A stretch of DNA of 64,000 nucleotides, taken from Candidatus Latescibacterota bacterium. Its GTDB lineage: Bacteria; Latescibacterota; UBA2968; UBA8231. The notes beneath the pieces are model-generated. The model saw only the letters and a list, made by a program, of their open reading frames with translations. It ran no database searches and was not told the DNA's origin. Positions 56,993-64,000 of the stretch are shown one piece after another; the first letter of the stretch is position 1, and every line of letters begins with the position of its first letter. The position numbers and the translations under genes were made by a program. The stretch covers positions 704,001 through 768,000 of the forward strand of contig OZ242005.1 of the NCBI GenBank assembly GCA_965204725.1. Direction: 5' to 3'.

Positions 56993-57510
56993 GGCCGCGG
57001 CCCCTCTCGCCAGCCGGCGGGCAGGACGACGAGCGCGGTCCCGGGGCGGCAGGCATTGTACAGCGCGCGCAAGTCAGCAGCCCCGATTTGCAGGTCCATA
57101 GCACCGCGACGACGCCAAGCCGGGCTAGCGTAGATCAGCAGCCCGCTCGCAAAGTACAGGGCACTGGTCGCCGCGGCATCGACGACCAAGTTCTGTTCCC
57201 AGTCGAAAGGGCTGGGCGTCAAACCGCGCCACGGGCTGCTGGGCCGATAGCGGCGCAACCGGGCCTTGAGCGGGGATTGCACCGGCGACCGCGCCCCCAG
57301 GGAGTCGGCCACCATCGGCACGCTCCGCAACAGGGCCTTCCCGTGCATCAGCCGCAACTCGGCCGCCCCCCGATCCACCAGCAAGTACGGCGCGTCCGCT
57401 TCAATGGCCTGCAACCAAGCCCGCAACGCAGCGTTGATATAAGCCAAGTCCCCAGCCGACGCCGCGCTCGCGCCGCAGACCAAGGCCCAAACCAGCACTA
57501 GGAGCCGCAT
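56989..57510 (-). CDS. Secreted hypothetical protein, degenerate L,D-transpeptidase-like
   Basis: PYLLVD....L.L..G..LLR resembles the neighbouring LDT; lacks HG...HGC. Confidence 0.45.
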   Translation of the reverse strand: MRLLVLVWALVCGASAASAGDLAYINAALRAWLQAIEADAPYLLVDRGAAELRLMHGKALLRSVPMVADSLGARSPVQSPLKARLRRYRPSSPWRGLTPSPFDWEQNLVVDAAATSALYFASGLLIYASPAWRRRGAMDLQIGAADLRALYNACRPGTALVVLPAGWREGPRP

Positions 57511-57519
57511 CGCTCAACG

Positions 57520-58140
57520 CTAGTAGATAAAGACCGGCCAGCCGATTTCGACCGTTTCGTAAAGATACTCCAGCTCCTCGTTGCCCATCCGTATGCAGCC
57601 GTGGGTGATGCTCTTGCCTAAGTTGATTTCAAAGAGGGTGCCGTGGATCATAAAATCCTTGAGAAAGTACAATGCGTACGCGCCCAAGACCCCGCGCTGG
57701 AACCGCCGCGGATCCTCGGCGAAAATGGGGATCTCCTCGTCGTTTTCGACGAAGAACCAAGTCGGCCGAGTCCACAGGGGATCGGCGACTTTGCGGCGGA
57801 TGGCAAAGCGGCCCTTGGGGGTGTCAAAAGTCCAGCGATGCCACCGCTTAGCCCCTTCGAGCTTGCGGCCACTGCCCGTTGCACAAGCGGCTTGGCGCAA
57901 CACCTGCTCCCCCTCGCGGAGCGCGATTAGATTGTCTTGGGTATTGATGACGAGGTAGGGCGTAGCTAGATCGTGGCCCTCAATAGCTTGCACCAGTTGC
58001 TGGTGCTCTACCGAGAGCGCGGACGCACCTGCGGCGGGCGGCCCCGACCACAGGACAAAAAAAAACAAAGCGGCCGAGAGTAACTCCCGGCCGCCTGTGG
58101 TTGGTGCTTGCAAGGGTGCGCTCAGATGCGCTCGTACCAA
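57520..58140 (-). CDS. L,D-transpeptidase (YkuD family)
   Basis: TPKG.F, P.W, IHGT....LG...THGCIRM. Confidence 0.9.
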   Translation of the reverse strand: MVRAHLSAPLQAPTTGGRELLSAALFFFVLWSGPPAAGASALSVEHQQLVQAIEGHDLATPYLVINTQDNLIALREGEQVLRQAACATGSGRKLEGAKRWHRWTFDTPKGRFAIRRKVADPLWTRPTWFFVENDEEIPIFAEDPRRFQRGVLGAYALYFLKDFMIHGTLFEINLGKSITHGCIRMGNEELEYLYETVEIGWPVFIY

Positions 58141-58745
58141 GGGCGCATCTTCTCGACCAGATCGTGGTATTTTTTTACGGCCACCATCACGCCGTCGGCG
58201 ATTGCGGTCGCCTTCTGATCCGCGCTATCGGCGAGGGACTCGGCATCGGAGAAATCCTCGCTGTTCACTGCGGCTTCGGCCGCTTCTATATCGGCTTCGG
58301 CCGTGCTTAACTCAGCGCGCAGTTCCTCAATATCGGCCTCCGTGCCCTTGCCCGCCGGCGCGTCCTCTAGGCTGGTATATGCGGCCGCGACCGCGTCGCG
58401 GGCCGCGGCAATCGCGGCTTGGGCCGACTCCCTCTGGCGTTTCTTTTCGGCTTGGGCCGACGACTCGGCCTGCATGGCTTTGCTCTTGGCATCGGCGATT
58501 TGGGTGCGCGCCTGCTCAAAGTCCTTCAAGAGGAAAAAGCGCTCGGCTTCGGTGTTGGTCGTGGCTTCGGCTTCGCTGTACGCACGCTGCGCGGACGAGT
58601 ACTCGTTGGCCGCAAAGCGCTCCGCACCGACGTCTCGGGCCGCGTCGAGGGCTTGCTTGGCCGCTTGTAGCTCGGCTGTGGGGGGGTCGTCACAGCCCGC
58701 CAAAACCGCGATGGCGATAAACAGCGCTATTGCCCGTATTTTCAT
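58122..58745 (-). CDS. DUF4398-like alanine-rich coiled-coil lipoprotein
   Basis: LAGC lipobox, PPTAEL.AAK.A...A...GAERFA. Confidence 0.7.
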   Translation of the reverse strand: MKIRAIALFIAIAVLAGCDDPPTAELQAAKQALDAARDVGAERFAANEYSSAQRAYSEAEATTNTEAERFFLLKDFEQARTQIADAKSKAMQAESSAQAEKKRQRESAQAAIAAARDAVAAAYTSLEDAPAGKGTEADIEELRAELSTAEADIEAAEAAVNSEDFSDAESLADSADQKATAIADGVMVAVKKYHDLVEKMRPWYERI

Positions 58746-58794
58746 GGTCCACCTTCCTGAGTTTGAACGTTCTGTACTCTCTAATATCTGAGAC

Positions 58795-58824
58795 AATCTA
58801 AAGGGAAGGACGGGAAATTGTCAA
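58795..58824 (-). promoter_or_regulatory. Sigma70-type promoter for the lipoprotein-LDT operon
   Basis: TTGACA-N18-TAGATT on the minus strand. Confidence 0.55.
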
Positions 58825-58860
58825 GCGCAAATCAGGGCGCGGCCGTGCGGCTTCGCCCCT

Positions 58861-59067
58861 TCAAAATTTCGCATTTTCTTCTTCGCCCGGCGCGAAATCC
58901 TCGTCTTCTTCCCCGGGCACTTCGTAGATCCACCCACAATTTGGACACAAGGGATATTCTGCATCCTCCCGGCGGGTTTGGCACTGGGGGCACCGCGGGC
59001 CAAAGGGCGACCAGAATTTTAGCACCACGACGACCAGCAGCAATACGGCGAACAAGGTGTAGAACAT
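58861..59067 (-). CDS. Small membrane-anchored zinc-ribbon protein
   Basis: N-terminal TM helix, CPQC...CPNCG, acidic tail; GAGG RBS. Confidence 0.6.
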   Translation of the reverse strand: MFYTLFAVLLLVVVVLKFWSPFGPRCPQCQTRREDAEYPLCPNCGWIYEVPGEEDEDFAPGEEENAKF

Positions 59068-59097
59068 CTGCTGCCTCCTCTGCGCTCGGCCGCGCCC

Positions 59098-59946
59098 TTA
59101 GCGGCCCTTCTTGGCGGCCTGGAGCTGGCGCAACTGGCGGCGGCGTCCCCAGCGGCTGCGCTTGACGCGCCGGCCCAAGGGCGGCCGCAGGGGGCCGTCG
59201 GCGACCAGCTCGTCGAGCACTCGATTGAGGCGGTCTGGCTGATTGGTGATGATCCCCTGCACTCCCATCGTCGCCAAGTCGCGCATGGCAATATCCTCGT
59301 CAACGGTCCAAGCCCAGACCGCAATGCCCCGCTTGCGGGTCTCTTCGAGGAAGGGCGGAGTCAGCACCGCGTACCACATCGCCAGCGCGTTGGCCCCCAC
59401 TTGCAGCACTTGGCGCACGAGGCGGCGCGCCCGCACCCGCGATGGCGTAGTCGGCAACTGGCCGACCAACAGCGCTGTGGGCAGGGTCGGCGCGAGCAAA
59501 TTGAGCCGCTGGACGGTTTGCGGATTGAACGCTTGCACCACGACGCGCTCAGCCGCATTCATCGCCTCAATCGCCTGCAGGACGCGCTCGGCAATGCCGT
59601 CGGCTTTGATCTCTATCAGCACGAGCGCTTGGTTCCGCGCTAAGTCGAGCACGTCTTCGAGCAGGGGCACGCGCTCGCCGGCGAAATCAGGGCTAAACCA
59701 GCGGCCCGCGTCGAGTTGGCGCACTTGGTCGCCCAACAGGTCGGCGACCAACCCGGTGCCATTGGTCGTCCGGTCGAGTGCCGAGTCGTGCAAGACTACG
59801 AGCTGGCCGTCACGGGTGGCGCGGACATCAATTTCGAGGATATCAACGCCGATCTGGAGGGCCTTTTCGCAAGCGGCCAGCGTGTTTTCAGGGGCCAGCC
59901 CCGGACCGGACGCGCCGCGATGGGCAATGCGCAGGGGGGTGATCAT
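59098..59946 (-). CDS. Glycerophosphodiester phosphodiesterase
   Basis: IAHRGAS..APENT, EIDV..T.DG.LV.LHD, IEIK, WTVD, GIITN.P. Confidence 0.93.
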   Translation of the reverse strand: MITPLRIAHRGASGPGLAPENTLAACEKALQIGVDILEIDVRATRDGQLVVLHDSALDRTTNGTGLVADLLGDQVRQLDAGRWFSPDFAGERVPLLEDVLDLARNQALVLIEIKADGIAERVLQAIEAMNAAERVVVQAFNPQTVQRLNLLAPTLPTALLVGQLPTTPSRVRARRLVRQVLQVGANALAMWYAVLTPPFLEETRKRGIAVWAWTVDEDIAMRDLATMGVQGIITNQPDRLNRVLDELVADGPLRPPLGRRVKRSRWGRRRQLRQLQAAKKGR

Positions 59947-59947
59947 C

Positions 59948-61156
59948 TCAAGCGCCGAATTTGTCGAGCCGCTGCGCGTGGGCCAACGCGAGGGCCATCA
60001 AGCTGGTCGCCGGCGCGATTCCGAGGCTGCCGACGCTGCAACCGCGCTCGGAAAATTCACTAGCCGCATCGGCCAACGCCCATCGGCTCGCTAGGACCGT
60101 GGGCACGGGGTGCCAACTGTGGCCCCGCATAATTGAGGGGGTCGAGTGATCGCCGGTGACGATGAGCACCTCGGGCTGTAGCGCCAGCACCCTCGGAATG
60201 TAGGTATCGACCTCCTCTAACAACCGCACCTTCAGGTCGAAATCGCCGTCTTCGCCGGCGCTGTCGGTTTTCTTTACGTGGACGTAGAAAAAGTCGTAGT
60301 CCGCGTAGCGGCTTTCGAGCAAGGCGAACTCGGAGGCGAGGTCCCAGCCGACCGCTTCGACATCCATGCCCACGGCCCCGGCCACGCCGCGGTACATGGG
60401 ATACCCGGCAATGCCCAGTGCTTTCAGCCCGTACGCCTCGTCCATCGACACCAACTCTGGGTAGCGGCCAAATCCCCGCAGCAACACCATGTTGGCCGGG
60501 TGCTCGTCGGCGAGCAAGGCGGCGGCTTGCGCTAGAAAGGCATTGGCCGCTTCGACTGTGCATTCCGAATCCGGCGCGAGGGCCGTCAGGGGCTTGGGCG
60601 GCACCCCGGTCACCTGCGGGTCCGAATCCGAGACTTGGTCGCCCAAGCCCGCGCCGCGAAACACCACGCCGGCGCGGTACTCCATCTCGGCGGCGACCTG
60701 CACCTCCACCTTGGGCACTGAGATCGCGCTCAACACTTCGCAGAGCTGGCGGCCTTTTTCCGTTGGGATGCGGCCGGCGCGGCGGTCGCTCACCCGGCCC
60801 GCAGCATCCACCGTACAAAAATTGAGGCGCGCCGCTATGTCGCCGCGAGCAAAATCCAACCCCAAGCCGAGGGCCGAAAGGGCGCCGCGACCGATTTGGC
60901 TTTGCCACGGATCGTAACCAAACAGGGCCAAGTGGGCCGGGCCGCTGCCCGGGGTAAAGCCGGCCCCCAAAGGCGACACCAAGCCGCAGAGGCCCCCTTG
61001 GGCCAGCGCGTCTAAGTTGGGCAACCGGGCCGTCTCTAGCTCGGACTTGCCCGTGGCCGGATGGGGCAACCCGCCCAAGCCATCGACGACCAAGAGGACG
61101 ATTTTGGCGTCGCTATCCCGGATGCACAATTCCTTGGTGTATTGGGAACTTATCAC
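59948..61156 (-). CDS. apgM: 2,3-bisphosphoglycerate-independent phosphoglycerate mutase (ApgM type)
   Basis: DGLGG, PGSGPAHLALFGYDP, DRRAGRI, HVKKTDSAGEDG, TGDHSTP, HSWHPVP. Confidence 0.88.
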   Translation of the reverse strand: MISSQYTKELCIRDSDAKIVLLVVDGLGGLPHPATGKSELETARLPNLDALAQGGLCGLVSPLGAGFTPGSGPAHLALFGYDPWQSQIGRGALSALGLGLDFARGDIAARLNFCTVDAAGRVSDRRAGRIPTEKGRQLCEVLSAISVPKVEVQVAAEMEYRAGVVFRGAGLGDQVSDSDPQVTGVPPKPLTALAPDSECTVEAANAFLAQAAALLADEHPANMVLLRGFGRYPELVSMDEAYGLKALGIAGYPMYRGVAGAVGMDVEAVGWDLASEFALLESRYADYDFFYVHVKKTDSAGEDGDFDLKVRLLEEVDTYIPRVLALQPEVLIVTGDHSTPSIMRGHSWHPVPTVLASRWALADAASEFSERGCSVGSLGIAPATSLMALALAHAQRLDKFGA

Positions 61157-61165
61157 GTGTGTATC

Positions 61166-62845
61166 CTAAGCAGTCGGCTCCGACAAGTGCAGGTCCTTAA
61201 TGACCATCTGCACGGCACCGTTGCCTGTGTAAGTGTCTGCCTCCAGCTCGAAAGCCGCGCTCAGCCGTGTGCCCGGCTGCACCTTGTCTGCGAGGGCTGG
61301 TTGGTTCCACCACAGCGCGGCACAGCGACGCCTACCCACCTCCAATTCCGCCTTAAAGTGGCGGCCATCGGAGCCGATTTGCCGCGACCCGACGACTCGG
61401 CAGTCTGCGAGGGCAAAAACCGGACGCCGGTGTCCGTTGCCAAAAGGCTCTAGCTCAGCGAGCTGCTTCACCGTGTCGAGCGTCAAATCAGTCGGCTCGA
61501 GCATCAGATCGATGTCCAAGACAGGTTGCAGGGCCTCGGCCCGAATGTGGGCGTTGGCGTGGTTAATCAGCGCGAGGCGAAAGCCCTCAAAGGCGTCAAT
61601 CGCGAGCGAAAACCCCGCGGCCGCTGGATGGCCGCCGTGCGTTTTTAAGTGTTCTTGGCAGGCGTGGATTCCCGCGCTGATGTCGTAGCCCGGGATGCTG
61701 CGGGCCGAGCCAACGCACAGCCCGTGATCGGCTCCTTGGGTACACACGACAGCCGGGCGGGCGTATTGTTCGCACAACTTGCTGGCCAGCAAGCCGACGA
61801 TCCCCATATTCCACTCCCCCAGCACCACGATGATGCGGTCCTCTACGTCCTCCTCCGGGCCGACTTGTTCCTCAACCTCCCGGATGCCCTCGCGCTGCCA
61901 AGCCTGCCGCTGGGAGTTGAGCTTGTTGAGTTCGTCGGCTAGCTGCGCGGCCTCCCCCTCGCTTTGGGAGCGCAAAAGCCGCAGCGCCAAATCGGGCGTT
62001 TTTAAGCGGCCAGCGACGTTGATCCGCGGCCCCAACCGGAAGCCCAAGCTGGCGGCATCGAGAGACTGATTTTGGGCGTTGGCCACCCGCTTGAGCGCGC
62101 ACAACCCGAGGCGTTTGGTGCGCTGGAGGATCTGCAGGCCGCGCTGGATAAACAGGCGATTTTCCCCCAGCACGGGCACGAGATCGGCCACCGTCCCCAA
62201 GGCCACCAAGTCGAGCAATTCGTTGAGATAGCGGCGGCGTTCCTCGCCAGCGAGAAAGGCTTCGCTGAGGGCCTGCACCAGCTTGAAGGTGACGCCGACG
62301 CCAGCCAAGCTCTTGAACGGATAGCCGCAATCGCGGCGATTGGGATTGACGATGGCAAGGGCACGCGGCAGTTCAGCGAGCTGCTGGTGGTGATCGACTA
62401 CGACTACTTCCACGCCGTGCGCCGCGGCCAACTCCAAGGCATCGTAGGCCGAAATACCATTGTCAACCGTGACGATGACGCGCGCCCCCATTGCGATGGC
62501 GCGCTCGACCCCGGGCGGCTTGAGACCGTATCCGTCCTTGTGGCGATCGGGTAAGAGGCCGTCGCAGTCGGCCCCCACGCGCTCGAGAAAGTCCATCAGC
62601 ACGGCGGTGGAGCAAACCCCATCGACGTCGTAGTCGCCGTACACGACGATTTTTTCGCGGGCGCGCACGGCCCGTTCTAGCCGCGCAACCGCCGTTGCCA
62701 TATCCTGCATTTGCTCCGGCGGGTGCAGGGCGTCGGGGCCGACGTGTAGCTCGGCGCGGGTCAGGCCGCGGCCGGCGAGCAGCGCGTCGATTAAGCTATC
62801 GTACGGGTCGTTGCGGAGGACATTCCAGACGGGGTAACGGCGCAT
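61166..62845 (-). CDS. recJ: Single-stranded-DNA exonuclease RecJ
   Basis: YGDYDVDG, TVDNG, DHH, GTVADLVP, PRIN.AGR, GSARS, GGH..AAG, LEPFG.G. Confidence 0.96.
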   Translation of the reverse strand: MRRYPVWNVLRNDPYDSLIDALLAGRGLTRAELHVGPDALHPPEQMQDMATAVARLERAVRAREKIVVYGDYDVDGVCSTAVLMDFLERVGADCDGLLPDRHKDGYGLKPPGVERAIAMGARVIVTVDNGISAYDALELAAAHGVEVVVVDHHQQLAELPRALAIVNPNRRDCGYPFKSLAGVGVTFKLVQALSEAFLAGEERRRYLNELLDLVALGTVADLVPVLGENRLFIQRGLQILQRTKRLGLCALKRVANAQNQSLDAASLGFRLGPRINVAGRLKTPDLALRLLRSQSEGEAAQLADELNKLNSQRQAWQREGIREVEEQVGPEEDVEDRIIVVLGEWNMGIVGLLASKLCEQYARPAVVCTQGADHGLCVGSARSIPGYDISAGIHACQEHLKTHGGHPAAAGFSLAIDAFEGFRLALINHANAHIRAEALQPVLDIDLMLEPTDLTLDTVKQLAELEPFGNGHRRPVFALADCRVVGSRQIGSDGRHFKAELEVGRRRCAALWWNQPALADKVQPGTRLSAAFELEADTYTGNGAVQMVIKDLHLSEPTA

Positions 62846-62888
62846 TGTACATTTACATCGTGGGAGTGGGTAGGACGCGGCTAAGACA

Positions 62889-62918
62889 ATAATATCAACC
62901 GCGGCAAAGCCCGGTCAA
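62889..62918 (-). promoter_or_regulatory. Sigma70-type promoter for the recJ operon
   Basis: TTGACC-N18-TATTAT on the minus strand. Confidence 0.5.
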
Positions 62919-62981
62919 GGCGACAGCACCGCGCTTGCCTAGACGCTAGTGTTGCGTACATTTGTCCGCCGTATTTTTCAA

Positions 62982-63040
62982 CCCAAGGATTGAGGGCGGG
63001 ACGCCCTCGGTCCCGGATTCAGCGGGAATAGCAGAAAAGG
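62982..63040 (-). repeat. REP-like family A copy
   Basis: Reverse complement reads CCTTTTCTGCTATTCCCGCTGAATCCGGGACCGAGGGCGTCCCGCCCTCAATCCTTGG, matching ~5100-5150. Confidence 0.75.
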
Positions 63041-63080
63041 CATACCTAAAGCAGGTGTCGCGTACCTACGTTTTTCAACT

Positions 63081-64000
63081 ATGACTCGAGCAAAGCATAT
63101 ATTCCTCATAGCCCTCCTCGGTCTCGCCGCGTTGCCCCACCCTGCGGCGGCCGGTCCCAATGCCGACGCCGAAATTTTCATCGGCCAAGAAGGCCCCTTC
63201 TGCGGGTTGGCCGCCAACAGCACCGTGGAGTTCAGCATCTCGGCGCGCAACATGAGCCAAGTGCGCCAAGTCCTATTCAAGTTTAGCTGGGAGCCAGCCC
63301 ACGCCATCGCCGCAGTCGCGGCCGCACTAGGCCAGACCACGAAAGCCCATTCCTTTGTCGCAATCCCCCCGATAGTAAAAGACCAGACCGCCGACTGGGG
63401 CAGCGCGACCCTCGGGGGGTCAGCAATTGAGGGCGAGGGTCATCTCGCGGACATGACGTTCACCTTGGCTGACTCCATCAGCTCCACCACGCCCATAGAC
63501 ATCTACCTCGACGTGGTGTCGCTCGGGCCTTCTTCTACCGAGCGCGACTTCATCCGGCCGCAAGTCGCGTTGTTGCGGAATTACTGCGACGCCGAGGGGC
63601 AGGCTCTGCCGGAGGGCATCTTCTTCCGCTGGGCCGAGCCAAACCACTCCTTTTCGGCCGCTGGGACCGGCGGCGTAGCCGATGGCAGCGATGGCGAAGT
63701 CCGCGTATCGGCGCGCCTGTTGTTACAGGCTGGGGCTTTCCGCGTCGGCGCGGCATTTACCTGGGACCTTACCAACACCGGCCCCGGCCCGGCCTACGCA
63801 TTTGCCAACGGCGAGGCCATCCTCATCCCGGCGGGCGCGACCCAACAGGTGACGACCACCAGCGACGAGCGCGGCCGGACCCACCTACTCCTCGACGCCG
63901 AACAGGAGACCGCGCTCGTTTTCACCACCTGTGCCGAAGGCTCGTGTGCTGAAAGCCAAGTGGAATGGGGGATTGCCACGTCCATCTCCGAGCCGTCCGG
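63081..64000 (+). CDS. Secreted hypothetical protein (3' end outside window)
   Basis: MTRAKHIFLIALLGLAALPHPAAA signal peptide; frame appears open to the window end; beta-rich. Confidence 0.7.
   Translation, partial: MTRAKHIFLIALLGLAALPHPAAAGPNADAEIFIGQEGPFCGLAANSTVEFSISARNMSQVRQVLFKFSWEPAHAIAAVAAALGQTTKAHSFVAIPPIVKDQTADWGSATLGGSAIEGEGHLADMTFTLADSISSTTPIDIYLDVVSLGPSSTERDFIRPQVALLRNYCDAEGQALPEGIFFRWAEPNHSFSAAGTGGVADGSDGEVRVSARLLLQAGAFRVGAAFTWDLTNTGPGPAYAFANGEAILIPAGATQQVTTTSDERGRTHLLLDAEQETALVFTTCAEGSCAESQVEWGIATSISEPS

Noticed and set aside
1-64000. tRNA, rRNA, prophage or intact IS transposase
   Set aside because: No recognisable signatures found by eye

Overview
GC-rich bacterial chromosomal window. 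It is most consistent with an FCB-superphylum lineage such as Latescibacterota, possibly host- or sponge-associated. That assignment is inferred from a PorV homologue, FlgD-Ig/T9SS-like C-terminal domains, YWTD/ankyrin/WG repeat proteins and PhyH dioxygenases. A housekeeping backbone (rlmI-like, uvrC, xerD-like, truA, htrA-like, pssA, tatA, gatA, dus, apgM, recJ) is interrupted by accessory blocks. These are a YWTD tandem pair, a GIY-YIG/antitoxin/FGE block, a decaying WG/Rpn/toxin-antitoxin island inside an ABC operon, an orphan adenine methyltransferase, a HigBA-like pair, and an ~8.9 kb tandem array of six mosaic arylsulfotransferase-like genes. Other signals are window-wide scarcity of CCWGG with abundant C->T products, cargo flanked by duplicated gene 3' ends, internally deleted toxin remnants, an internal start in the Rpn gene, two sigma54 promoters and two dispersed palindromic repeat families. 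No tRNA, rRNA, CRISPR array, reverse transcriptase or prophage was seen. All calls come from motif recognition by eye; no database searches were run.
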